DNA of 38,535 bases from Octopus bimaculoides. Lineage: Eukaryota. A program made the position numbers and the translations under genes. The notes under the pieces were generated by a model that saw only the letters and a program-made list of their open reading frames with translations, had not been told where the DNA came from and searched no databases. Shown here one piece after another: positions 1 through 11,857 of this stretch (positions within the stretch are counted from its first letter, which is position 1; every line of letters starts with the position of its first letter). The DNA is taken from the NCBI RefSeq assembly GCF_001194135.2, contig NC_068987.1, positions 98,921,759 to 98,960,293 of the forward strand, written 5' to 3'.

Positions 1-37
<37 letters not shown>

Positions 38-432
38 TGTATATATATAAAACTTGTTTAGGTTTTCAGACACATGAAATTATTCGTAGCGCCCGAAGAT
101 ATATATTGTGATCATTAAACGAAAATATTTGACTCTCACCAGCTAGAATGCTCTTTTTGTTCAATTATATCATGATATATATATGTACACACACACTCAC
201 ACACAGACGTACACATATATGTACATGCACAAATATATGTTATTACATATGCTGACGAAAATACACACACGCACACATATCCATATGTGCGTGCTTGATT
301 GTTTTGTATAAGAATTCATCTACACGTGTGTTTCCATGCATGTATCACAGCATAATACAAGATATTAAAACACCAGATCGACACAGCATCTTGATATTCC
401 CCTTTGTGTATTTGCAATGCACAATCGTATAG

Positions 433-486
433 TTCGTGGCTACAAGAGAGAACTACCGTATCGTAGACGGTATGTTGTTAAAACAA
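433..486 (+). CDS. Speculative internal exon (FVATRENYRIVDGMLLKQ)
   Basis: AG acceptor at 431-432, open 54-nt frame, strong donor caa|gtgagt at 487 (alternative acg|gtatgt at 470). No recognised homology and a weak polypyrimidine tract. Confidence 0.12.
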
Positions 487-1516
487 GTGAGTATTCATAA
501 AATAACATCTGAAAGCATAAACCATTTTTATATGGGTCACAAAACCCGAACGCCCACATTTATAATTACAGAACCTCAGATAGAAAGACTCTCAAAAGAA
601 GGAAACGTGTATGAGAGGCACAGAATCTATCTACTATCCAACTTTATTTATATGTGCCGTACCAGTTTATTGAAGTTTATATAAATGGATTCATTAGCTT
701 ACTATTATGAAGCGCATATCCAGCGAATGTAATAAAAGCGGGTTTTGTACATCAATGAGATGAGAAGATTTATTATAGAAATCCTTTCATGAGTGAAAGA
801 TGAGATCACAATACATTTGTTAATAGATTACAACAATACTTCTTTCATTCCTTTCTTTGTTCGCATCAAGCAGTTTGAATTGTTATATGTCATGGCGAAA
901 TGTTAAAACTTTACTCACCGAACTAACATACAGCTGAATATATGATCTTGGAAACTTCACAAGAGCTAGGCTGCTCATCAAATATGCGTAAAATATAAGT
1001 TAAAAAATTTAAAGAAATATAAAAGTGGCTCCGAAGAAGAGCGAGAGAAGCAATTAGTATGTGAAAGCTCTTAATAATGATTTATCATGAGTAGGTATGA
1101 AGTTAATTTTGATTTTGTTGGAATTTATTATCACTTCTGTAAGTTCCGTATATCACTATTATATTTCATTGAAAATTGAGGAAGAACGCGCAAAGTGCAT
1201 TTTGAATGAATTTAAAATAAGAGGTCTGCAAATAAATAATTTAATGCATACATTACGGAATGTTTCTTTCTGCTAACATGCTGGCTGACACTCTTTAATA
1301 CATGATTTATACATTACTTCTATCTTAATAGAAATCCTTTCACTTTACTTGAATTACTTATGTCTTTCAGAGAGCTATAAACATTTTCTCTTTGTTCCGA
1401 ACGTGAATGTGTTAGAGTTCAATAATTTGTGCACTACAATGAGGGCGTATTACTAGAATCGAGAGAATTGGAGAATATATCTGTGGATTGGAAGAAGGTT
1501 CAGGCTATGCAGCAAA

Positions 1517-1740
1517 ACGGCAGTGAATTAACAGATGTGGTTGAGCGTTCGACAAAATGCCGGTAGGTTGGCGAAATTCATTCAGTGTCGGTCAAATTGA
1601 CGGCGGTGGTTGCTTACTTGATTAATTTGTTTTTCCACACATCGTTTAAGGTTGAGTAAAAAAGGTACTGGTTAAGCATGGCGGCTGTAATCGACTACAT
1701 ATGCCTTCAAAATATGAGTCACTCTGCCTGTGGTAGAAAT
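1517..1740 (+). mobile_element. Highly degenerate tRNA-derived SINE (family A, octopus OK/OR-like)
   Basis: Collinear by eye with better copies at 3979-4193 and 20776-20980: head cggcagtgaattaacagatg, B-box-like ggtcaaattg, body aaaaaaggtactggttaagca...tgtaatcgac. Confidence 0.55.
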
Positions 1741-3523
1741 TAATTATGACCACCAAGGAAAAAGCAAAAAAAAAAAAAAAAATCGAAGTGATGAGGAAAT
1801 GATTTTTCTCATTTTACTTATTATAAAATCTGAAATCGTAAATCTATATTTCTAATTTTACTTGCTTCATTTATATCATTAATTCCCGAACAAGAGTATA
1901 TTTGATTGTAGGCTTTCAATAAGACAATTACAGGTTCACCATAGACAAATCATCGGTCCTATGAAAAGTTTGGGAAACGGACTTTTAAAGTTAACTTGAT
2001 AGCAAAATCACTTTCAGCATTTCGAACATCGATTTTTTATTGCTTTAGTAGTTATCCTATCATTAACCTGCAATTATTCTGTTTAATCTGCAAATTACAT
2101 GATTTATTTCTGTCACAAGAGACTTTTGTGGGAAAAAGTAGTGAACAAGTAGACAGAAATTTATTCATTTACCTTACGTTATATGTCAGATTCAAAAAGT
2201 GTAGAGAGATGTAGAATAAAATCTTGATGCAAATGGAAATTTGAAGTACACGAGAAACATATAGTAGTATTTAGCAGAGAATAATAAACCAATCCACTAT
2301 AATCCTTAATGTCATGGACACGCTAATTCACTTTGAATCTTGTCTCGCTAAGACAATGGAATCTATTCGTGTATACTTCTGCAGAATTAGCTGAAAGCAT
2401 AATCCCTTCAATGTAATGAATCCGCTACAACCATCTAATTTCTTTTATGACAAATAATGTTTCAGCATTGAGATCTGGCAATAAACAATGATTGAAATTT
2501 TCAACAAATTTTATAATGCAGAACTGCCTGTAATTTGCATTCGGCACATTTTCATTTCTTGTAAAGTAAGTACTTCAGGCAGTTTCCAGCAGTTTATATA
2601 TTATATTCATTCAGATGCTACAACTAATAATTCAGTTTATCCATTTCACAAATCATGTGGTGTGCAAGGGTTATGAACTCCGTTTCTACTTTTCTGAGTA
2701 ATTAGTACAATCTCGATAGATTGATACTTAGTTTATGAAAACTAACATTTAAAAGAGAAATATACTATGTGATTGTTATGGCAATGATTAATAGTAAGTT
2801 AATATTTTAGATAATAAACAAATGTATCTCGATCGATTAAAAAACTGATCACATTTCTTTTAGTTAACCATCTCTCATTGGCCCGTTTCGTTGCTTGTTT
2901 TTATCGTTATAACTTCCGCAAAATGAAACTGTTTTGCATATCAGCTGAAAGTGTGTTTAATTAATAAAACCCGCCACACACACACACACACACACACACA
3001 ACCATATAATTGAAATTCCATTTGCACTGACAATTGTTCATCACAACAAGCAATGACAAATGGGTGGATCTTCGATATTTTAATTTGTTAAATTTCTGTT
3101 ACGTATTTACGGAGGAGAGAAAAAACATTAACTTGATGACTGATGCTTTATCAAATGTAATATTTGGCAAAAATAAAGCAACTACGACATATTTCATGTT
3201 TTGAACGCTCCAGTGAAGCATAAACTTCCTCTCAACTTGTTTAAAACCGGTGACACGGGACCAGTATAGAGTTGGGCAACATATGTACACAGCTTGGCAT
3301 GAAAATTAACGTAATGGCTGTCGGCAAACACTATAAGTTATTGAGTAACAAAGCATTTCATGCAATAAACAAAATTTCGATTAACTATTTTTAATTAATT
3401 GAAATATATTTGCACATGGAATGAAGTAATTTAGCATTAACTGAAATTATGTATTCCATGGGGATTCCAACCTTTGACATTTTCTGCAATCATTATTTAA
3501 TGTAGACATCTTAAATTAACAAC

Positions 3524-3738
3524 CCTTTCTGTTATAGGCACAAAGCCAGAAATTTTGTGGAGAGGGGGATTGTCGATTATATCAACCCCGATACGCAACT
3601 GGTACTTATTTTATCGACCCCGAAATGATGAAAGGTAATGTCTACCACGGCAGAATTTGAATCAAGAACAAAGATGCGGACGAAATTTCGTTCAGTAGTT
3701 TGCTCGGCATGCTACATATTTTGCCAGCTCACCGCTTT
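3524..3738 (-). mobile_element. tRNA-derived SINE family A, tandem copy 1
   Basis: Reverse complement starts aaagcggtgagctggcaaaat and contains ttgattcaaattctgccgtggtagac and ggggtcgataaaataagtaccag. Confidence 0.85.
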
Positions 3739-3757
3739 ATTTCTTAAAGTAATAATA

Positions 3758-3961
3758 CTTTCTACTAAAGCATAAGACAGGAAATTTTGAGGGAAGTAGA
3801 TTGACTCGACCCAGGGTATCATTGGTACTTAACAAACCAACCCTGAATAGATAAAAGGCAAAGTTGACCACGGTGGAATTTGAACTCAGAACATAAAGAC
3901 GGACAGAATGCCGCTAAACATTTTGTCCAGCGTGCTAACTATTCCGCCAGCTCACCATCTT
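3758..3961 (-). mobile_element. tRNA-derived SINE family A, tandem copy 2
   Basis: Reverse complement has gatggtgagctggcggaatagttagcacgc and B box gagttcaaattcc. Confidence 0.85.
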
Positions 3962-3978
3962 ATATCTTAAGGTAATAA

Positions 3979-4193
3979 TTCCGTCTACTGTAGGCACAGG
4001 GCCTGAAATTTCTGGGGAGGGGACTACTCGATTACATCGATCCCAGTGTTTAATAGGTACTTAATTTATCAACATCGAAAGGATGAAAGGCAAAGTCGAC
4101 CTCGGCGGAATTTGAACGTAGAATGTAGCAACGGACGAAATACCGCTATGCATTATGCACGGCGTGCTAACGATTCTGCCAGCTCGCCGCCTT
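3979..4193 (-). mobile_element. tRNA-derived SINE family A, tandem copy 3
   Basis: Reverse complement has aaggcggcgagctggcagaatcgttagcacgccg and ttcaaattccgccgaggtcgactttgcctttcatcc; closest to consensus. Confidence 0.9.
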
Positions 4194-5771
4194 TATATAT
4201 TAAAGTAATAATGAAAATTAACCTAATGTATGTTTTCTTTTTAAAATAAAGCTTCAATTATATGCTTCTCTCAGCTATATTGCGGAATGCGCTCTCCTCA
4301 TACTCCCCAACTTTAATTTCACTTTTGGCCTTTAGATTAAACAATTAAAGGTATAACGTTAATGAAACAATACAATCAATATTGCTAACAATCATTATGG
4401 ACTGAGAAGCAAAGGATATATTTCTGATATCCACAGAGATTAAAAATTGAACGAAGGAAGGCATGAATCGGTGAGAGAAAATCTGATCTTTCGTAAGAAT
4501 GGTCATAAATCTGGAAAGGTTTTGCTTTAAAATATCCTATCGAATATATTTTCTCATGTTCTTACAAGGGAGAGCAACTCAGAAAATGCATAGTTTTTGA
4601 CTGAAAAAAAAATGTCCATAATTCAATGACATGTAACAACTTCCTACTGATGCCTTCTGCTCAAAGAGTATATAATCAAGTTGTGAAAACTCGGATAATG
4701 CGTAAGATCCTCTCCCAAGTCCTTTCCTGAATAATATCTTTATATCCTTATTGAAGATATAACTAAAAACTTTTAATTATTTTAAATGATTTTCCGCATA
4801 TTCAGGAAGTGATATATTTCATTCAGCAACAACATATTTCAATGTTTCGATTGGTTTAGTCCATCGTTAGCAGCACTTCTTTCATTCCTAAATGAGTAGA
4901 AAATAAAATAAAAATAAAATGAAAAAAAAAAAAGAAAGAAAAAACCCAATAAATTCTGTGGTATTATATACACTAAATACTGACGTCCAGGAATAAGATA
5001 TGCTTAACTACCGGACAGAAATCCAGTTGAATAGTAGTAAAGATACAAATATATTTTTTTAATATTTAAAAATAAGGTTGACAATCTGCCAACAAATTAC
5101 AATCATATAAAAAACAATTTCTCTCAAAAATTCTGATATGGTAAAATGAATCTGAAATTTCATACATAAAGATCACATTATTAACCATTTTCAACTATCA
5201 ACATTGTATATGATTTTGATGAGAATTTACCTAAATGCTAGACATTAGGCTTCTTCTAAGTCATATAAATAGCGTAAACGTGGTAAAAGTACATAGAAAA
5301 TACATTATAAAGTCATCAGAAATGTAAATGTCGAGAATAGAATAACCTCTTCCCCAACCTAAAATATCTGCCGAGAAATCTGGAAACGAACATTAATATA
5401 AAATAATCTTATGAAAACACAAGTAATACATTCAATAACATCAATTCTGTCTATGAACACAAAACCGAAGAATGTAGCTTTGACTGCCCATATGATTGCT
5501 ACATACGAAATAGCATAAAATGAATTGTGCAAATGTCACGACTTCAAACACACTGGTAATGAACACTATAGACAGGCAAACAGAAACATATATACGTGTT
5601 GCGTGGTATATACACACACCTCGCAGAGCACCAACGATATATACGTATCAGTGATTGTATATGCATGTGTGTGTGTGTATACAAAGACACACACACACAT
5701 ATTTATGCATGTAATGGTTATCTATCTACCTCCCACTCTATATCTCTCTGTCTACATATAGGTGTATATGC

Positions 5772-5824
<53 letters not shown>

Positions 5825-6129
5825 NNNNNNNNNNNNNNNNNNNNNNNNNNNNNNNNNNNNNNNNNNNNNNNNNNNNNNNNNNNNNNNNNNNNNNNNNNNN
5901 NNNNNNNNNNNNNNNNNNNNNNNNNNNNNNNNNNNNNNNNNNNNNNNNNNNNNNNNNNNNNNNNNNNNNNNNNNNNNNNNNNNNNNNNNNNNNNNNNNNN
6001 NNNNNNNNNNNNNNNNNNNNNNNNNNNNNNNNNNNNNNNNNNNNNNNNNNNNNNNNNNNNNNNNNNNNNNNNNNNNNNNNNNNNNNNNNNNNNNNNNNNN
6101 NNNNNNNNNNNNNNNNNNNNNNNNNNNNN
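5825..6129. other. Assembly gap (N-run) flanked by (TA)n
   Basis: N-run seen directly. Other gaps lie at 7763-8271, 13868-14159, 15768-15933, 18160-18217, 26029-26321 and about 30883-31305, most abutting (TA)n or (CA)n tracts. Confidence 0.98.
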
Positions 6130-6154
6130 TATATATATATATATATATATATAT

Positions 6155-6222
6155 ATGGGAGAATATACAAATAATAACAACAGACGAGGACAGGTGGTGT
6201 AAATAACAAAAGTATATATTAG

Positions 6223-6225
<3 letters not shown>
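6155..6225 (-). mobile_element. Fragment of Penelope-like terminal repeat
   Basis: 71 nt identical to 16841-16911. Confidence 0.75.
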
Positions 6226-6269
<44 letters not shown>

Positions 6270-6889
6270 ATATGTAGGTACACACACATACACATTTATA
6301 GGCAATATGTGCATTAGTGTGCGTACATGTTAGTGTGCATAAATATGGCATACGTAGTTAACATTTGCCCATTCACACACTATCACGCACACACAAAAAA
6401 GACATTCCACATGTATGGCTGAGTATATAATCATATGTCCATACAACATCATAGACAGAGAATCATACGCGTATACTTACACACCAGCGCACAGTCACAC
6501 ACACATACACTTATACACTCCTTCACACTTATACATCAGCACAAACGAAGGCTGAAGGTCGACGCGTAAAAAGATCCTAGCACAAACAACAATAAATATC
6601 AAAGTATTAATATAAGAAGCCAGAAACGAGAAAGTAAACATAGAAAGGTAGTAGATGTATTATAAAAGGAACAATAAACAGGAAATGGATAATAACTGGG
6701 AATATTAAGCGACATTACACAAGGACGTTTTCTCACGCACATCATTAGAAAAAGAATGCAGAGAAAATTGTACTCATACAGACGAAAAGATAACCGAAAG
6801 ATTGCAAACACAACATACACAAAGGATAAAGCGTACGTAATGGCAATTCCATAGAGCACATTATTGCACATAAAGATATATGTGTGCGA

Positions 6890-7137
6890 TTATGTGTTAG
6901 CATGTGTGTGTGTGGGTGTGTGTGTGTGCGCGCGTCGTGTGTGTGTATGTGTGCGTGTGTGCGCGCGCGTGTGTGTGTGCGTGTGTATGCGTGCGTGTGT
7001 GTGTGCGTGTATGTATGGCTCTCTCTCTGTTTACATATATGAAGGTATGAATGAATTTATATACAAGAATGACCAAAGCAAATCAGTAGAATTAACGTCA
7101 CACAGCTGTAGGCAAACGTGCGCATATATATGCTCAT

Positions 7138-7175
<38 letters not shown>

Positions 7176-7210
7176 GCACGCACACAAAACAAACACAAAC
7201 ACACACACAC

Positions 7211-7242
<32 letters not shown>

Positions 7243-7340
7243 GGAGAGATATACACGCACATACACACACATATATATTTGTATATATATGCATATATAT
7301 ACATACACACGCACGCACGCACACACACACACACACATAT
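6890..7340. repeat. Compound (TG/CG)n, (CA)n, (TA)n, (GA)n microsatellite region
   Basis: Direct inspection. Similar tracts occur throughout, e.g. 1-50, 5660-5824, 8640-9080, 17040-17230, 22610-22940, 23460-24070, 31520-31710. Confidence 0.95.
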
Positions 7341-8274
7341 TCACCTGGCCTTTCTCCATGCATGTATATTCATCCCAAAAAAGAGAGAGAATAAATGTAG
7401 GTGGTAGAAAGAGAAAAGGCGATACAAAGGCCTTACTATGAATAATAATATATATAACTGTCTGCGGATGATAGGCCGTAATCTTATACATGGCTACACA
7501 TTTTCCTACATATGTGCGTGTGTGTGTGCGTGCGTGATTGTGTGTGTGTATGTCTATATACATATATGTACAATCACAGACGACCACACCCACCCACCCA
7601 CACACACATGCACACATACATATACATATAACGCTCAGCAGAAGCTCTTTCGAATCTCATTGACAGTCCTTATTACTTACACATACAAACAGACTACACA
7701 CGCACACAGAAATACATATGCGTGCTTAGAAATATCAATCGTACGTCTATATATATAAGATCNNNNNNNNNNNNNNNNNNNNNNNNNNNNNNNNNNNNNN
7801 NNNNNNNNNNNNNNNNNNNNNNNNNNNNNNNNNNNNNNNNNNNNNNNNNNNNNNNNNNNNNNNNNNNNNNNNNNNNNNNNNNNNNNNNNNNNNNNNNNNN
7901 NNNNNNNNNNNNNNNNNNNNNNNNNNNNNNNNNNNNNNNNNNNNNNNNNNNNNNNNNNNNNNNNNNNNNNNNNNNNNNNNNNNNNNNNNNNNNNNNNNNN
8001 NNNNNNNNNNNNNNNNNNNNNNNNNNNNNNNNNNNNNNNNNNNNNNNNNNNNNNNNNNNNNNNNNNNNNNNNNNNNNNNNNNNNNNNNNNNNNNNNNNNN
8101 NNNNNNNNNNNNNNNNNNNNNNNNNNNNNNNNNNNNNNNNNNNNNNNNNNNNNNNNNNNNNNNNNNNNNNNNNNNNNNNNNNNNNNNNNNNNNNNNNNNN
8201 NNNNNNNNNNNNNNNNNNNNNNNNNNNNNNNNNNNNNNNNNNNNNNNNNNNNNNNNNNNNNNNNNNNNNNNTAC

Positions 8275-8322
<48 letters not shown>

Positions 8323-8323
<1 letters not shown>

Positions 8324-8486
8324 TACGACGGGCTTCTTTCAGTTTCCGTCTACCAAATTCACTCACAAGGCTTTGGTCGGCCCGAGGCTATAGTAGAAGA
8401 CACTTGCCCAAGGTGCCACGCAGTGGGACTGAACCCGGAACTATGTAGTTCGTAAGCAAGCTACTTACCACACAGACACTCTTGCA
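8323..8486 (-). mobile_element. tRNA-derived SINE family B/C, 5' half (head plus CORE-like segment)
   Basis: Reverse complement: gagtgtctgtgtggtaagtagcttgcttacg...ccgggttcagtcccactgcgtggcaccttgggcaagtgtcttctactatagcc. Pol III A/B-box-like motifs are followed by accttgggcaag, which resembles the CORE domain start. Confidence 0.85.
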
Positions 8487-9031
8487 GAAGTATCGGGGTG
8501 TATGTGAGAGAGGGAGAAAGAGAGCATTGAGAGACACATAGAAAAGAATGGAAAGAGATGGTTTACTGAGAATTACAGTTGTAGAGATCAGATAGAGATA
8601 AAATTGCTTTACTAAAGGAAAGTACGGATCAGAACTCAGGCTTACACAGACACACAAACACATTCGCACAGACACACATCATACAGACATACGCCCACCC
8701 ACACGCACATGCACACATCACGCATAAACACACACTGCCTCTTCCCCAAGCACACATCTATGTTCAGTTGTATATGTATACACCCATTTATGAAAATGTA
8801 TAACACATATTTGTATATGTGTAAAACATATGATGCATATGCGTACATACACGTGTACGTATGTATTTATGTATGTAGGTATGTACTTAAGTATATATGT
8901 GTGTGTGTGTGTGTGTGTGTGCGTACTATGTGTATATATAAACACACACATACATCCATACATACGTGCATACATACATACATGCATACACACACATACA
9001 TACATACATACATACATACGTAAATGCACAG

Positions 9032-9079
<48 letters not shown>

Positions 9080-9084
9080 CCTGT

Positions 9085-9476
9085 TAATATGTCTCTTTTA
9101 CTTGTTCCCATCATTAAATTGCCGCTCTGCTGGGGCGCCACCTTGAAAACATTTAGTCGAAAGTATTGACCCATGTAAGTAGTAATTGTAAATCCTTGCA
9201 TTTATTGCATCGCTGTCTTTTGACGAACCGTTAAGTTACGTGGACGGTAAATCCACCAATACCGGTTTTCAAACAATGGTGGAGAACAAACACACCCTCA
9301 CGCGCGCACACACATATGTACAATAATACGACGGACTTCGTTTTGTTTCCTTCTACCAAATCGACTCAGAAGTCTTTGGTCGGTCGAAGGTTGCAGGAGC
9401 AGGCAACCAGTGGGACTGAACCCTGAATCTTATGGTTGGGAAGCAAACGTCTTACCACAATGCTACGCCTGCGCCT
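9085..9476 (-). mobile_element. Degenerate near-full-length SINE family B/C (head, internal CA tract, LINE-like tail)
   Basis: Head aggcgcaggcgtagcattgtggtaagacgtttgcttccc at 9476 reading left, internal (CA)n at about 9290-9315, and a degenerate tail (plus-strand gctggggcgccacc) near 9130. Confidence 0.7.
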
Positions 9477-9488
9477 ATTTATAACGAG

Positions 9489-9559
9489 GTGCCCCGTGGG
9501 GAATCGAACCGCGGCCTATCACGTGTCTTTCGTGAATAGTCACCACTACAGTACCGAAC
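9489..9559 (-). pseudogene. tRNA-like sequence (tRNA-Val-like pseudogene or orphan SINE head)
   Basis: 71 nt: GTTCGGTACTGTAGTGGTGACTATTCACGAAAGACACGTGATAGGCCGCGGTTCGATTCCCCACGGGGCAC. It has an A box (TGTAGTGG), a B box (GGTTCGATTCC) and a TCACG/CGTGA stem. Acceptor and T stems are broken. Confidence 0.55.
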
Positions 9560-10392
9560 TATACTCTCTCTCTCTCTGTATAAATACATATATATATGTG
9601 TGTGTGTTAGTGTTTGTGTGTGTGTGACATGCAAGCACACGCACACAAAGGTACGCAATTGACAAACGCTGGAGCTGATGGACACCACTTTAAAACAAAT
9701 TATTTCTTACTTTACTAGAGAGATAGAGAGATAGCGAACGAAACAGAGAAAGAAAGGCAGTTATAGAGAGCAACAGAAAAAGAGTGCGAGAGGGTAAGGA
9801 AGACAGAGAAAGAGAGAGAGAGAGATAGAGAGAGAGAGAGAAATACAGATAAACAGATTGAGAGAGTGACAACTAGTTTAACTGAGTATAATTTGGTTGT
9901 TTAGATAAACTCGATTGATGTTTATTTTTCTAGGCGTACCGCCTTTGCAATTCAGTTTATCGGCATTTGATGGGTTCCCGCCAACATTTCATTGCAAAGG
10001 ACAGCTGCTGTTTTGCAGTGTTTCTTCACACAAGGCACACAGGCCAATTTGCATTAGAAAAATAAAATGACTCGAATAATTGGTTAAATTTACTTATCCA
10101 AGCATATTATATGATTTACGAACGCTTGCTTATTTATATCATATGCACATACGGACTCTCTCTTACTATTTCTCTCTCTACCTATCTCTCTTTCTCCCAC
10201 AAGATTCGCATAATCATATATCTGTGTGACTACACACACATACACACACATACGTATACTCATATATATATATATATATGCATGTGTGCGTCCGTGCCTG
10301 TCTGCGTGTGTATGTGTGCGTGTAAGTATATGTGTGTGTATACACATACATATATATATAATACGTATGTGTATATACACACAGACAACTAA

Positions 10393-10525
10393 ATAGGTAG
10401 GTAGGTAGGTACGTAGGTAGATAGATAGATAGATATATATATATATATATAGATAGATAGATAGATAGATAGCAAGCTAGCTAGCTAGCTAGCTAGCTAG
10501 CTAGATAGATAGATAGGCAGACAGA
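10393..10525. repeat. Compound tetranucleotide tract (TAGG)n-(TAGA)n-(TA)n-(TAGA)n-(TAGC)n-(TAGA)n
   Basis: Direct inspection. Confidence 0.95.
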
Positions 10526-10561
10526 TACATCTGCGTGTGTTTGTGTACACATACATATATG

Positions 10562-11025
10562 CAAAGTAGCCGAATGTTTAAGACAGGCCTGGCCAACTCG
10601 AATTACATTGCGGGCCACTTCAATCACAGGAAGTTTTTTGAGCGCAGCCTTTATACTGACAGAATTAAAAGTGTTTTGCTTTCTCATGCTATTATTACAA
10701 TAATGAATGAATGAATGAACGTTGATTTAACATGAAATATTATCGCTGCAAAAGCACTAGAACCTTTCTTTTTTACTTTTCATTATAATGTTTAATTTTT
10801 GATAAAATTTAAAAAATATTTGTTTAAGTAAACCCATTTCCAGAAAGTACCAAGTGGGCCGCAACATAAATGCCTGCGGGCCGTATGCAGCCCATGGGCC
10901 AGGTTGTCCAACCCTGGTTTAAGATATTTGCTTCCCAACTATGATATCTCGAGTTTTATCCCATAGGATGACATAGCGCTACAACTACGGTCCGGTTCAA
11001 ACATTGTCAGTGAAGATGAATAACC
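10562..11025 (+). mobile_element. Old SINE family B/C head interrupted by the hAT MITE
   Basis: caaagtagccgaatgtttaaga joined to tatttgcttcccaac after removing the MITE matches the family head gagtggctgtgtggtaagaagcttgcttcccaacc. Degenerate body continues to about 11025. Confidence 0.6.
10584..10916. mobile_element. hAT-Charlie-type MITE (333 bp)
   Basis: Imperfect TIRs CAGGCCTGGCCAAC and (reverse complement) CAGGGTTGGACAAC, subterminal GCGGGCC motifs, and a perfect 8-bp TSD GTTTAAGA at 10576-10583 and 10917-10924. Confidence 0.9.
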
Positions 11026-11167
11026 GATAGTCTTCTATCAGAGTGTACCCCAGAACTGTACCCCAGAACTGTGTTAGAGGGGAGGAGATCATTAGAACGT
11101 CAGTAAGTTACAGATTGATTCAAGTACGTGACTCAGTTAATTTCAATACTTATTGCGGAAATAGTGA

Positions 11168-11473
11168 AGGTGCATGGCGCAGTGGTTAGAGTATCGGCCT
11201 CACTATCATAACGTAGTGAGTTCGATTGCCGGACCGGGTTGAGGCTTATGTACTTGTGCAAGGCACTTTATTTCACGTTGCTCCAGTTCGCACAGCTGTA
11301 TAAACGAGCGGGGATGTCACTGGTACCAAGCTGCATCGGCCTTTGCCTTTCTCTTGGATAACATCGGTTGCGGGTCTTCCATAAGCAACATTACTCAGAC
11401 TTGTGCCTCGGAGGGGGACCTTCTAGGTGTAATCTCATGGTCATTCACGATCGAAGGGGACGTTTACTTTACC
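11168..11473 (+). mobile_element. tRNA-derived SINE family D, near full length
   Basis: A box TGGCGCAGTGG and B box GAGTTCGATTG. The 3' part (cttgtgcctcggag...ctaggtgtaatctcatggtca) recurs at 22540-22600. Confidence 0.8.
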
Positions 11474-11475
11474 AT

Positions 11476-11527
<52 letters not shown>

Positions 11528-11530
11528 ACA

Positions 11531-11840
11531 TGAAGGAGCGTGACTTAATGGCTATACTATTCGGTTTCACAAACGGAAGGTCGTGTGTTCGATCCTCAGT
11601 GGTGAATTGTCTCCTTGAGCAAAACATTTTATGTCACGTTGTTGCAGGCCACGCAACTATCAAAATTGAGTTGTACCCGTAATTCAAAGTGTCAGCCGTG
11701 TCACATTCTGTTTTACGCTCAATGTCGCTGAGATGCGTGTTTATGGAGTGCTCAGCAACTTACACGTTTATTTCACGAGTAGTCTGTTCCGTTGATTGCA
11801 CCAACTAGAACGCTAGTCTTCGTAACCGACGAATTGTCAG
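11531..11840 (+). mobile_element. tRNA-derived SINE family E (degenerate)
   Basis: Head gaaggagcgtgacttaatggcta, B box gtgttcgatcc, ccttgagcaaaaca segment, and 3' end gtcttcgtaaccgacg typical of octopus SINEs as recalled. Confidence 0.65.
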
Positions 11841-11857
11841 CTAGATATATGCATATA

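Noticed and set aside
1371-1562. Apparent first coding exon MQQNGSELTDVVERSTKCR with donor cg|gtaggt
   Set aside because: The 3' half aligns with a degenerate SINE-A head, and all frames from the 1370 acceptor contain stops.
2330-2700. Minus-strand peptide CWKLPEVLTLQEMK resembling a LINE endonuclease motif
   Set aside because: Only a few matching residues, with many stops and no further motifs.
5525-9201. Long ORFs rich in YI, VC, HT or X
   Set aside because: These are translations of (TA)n, (TG)n, (CA)n and N-gaps. The same applies to similar ORFs across the window.
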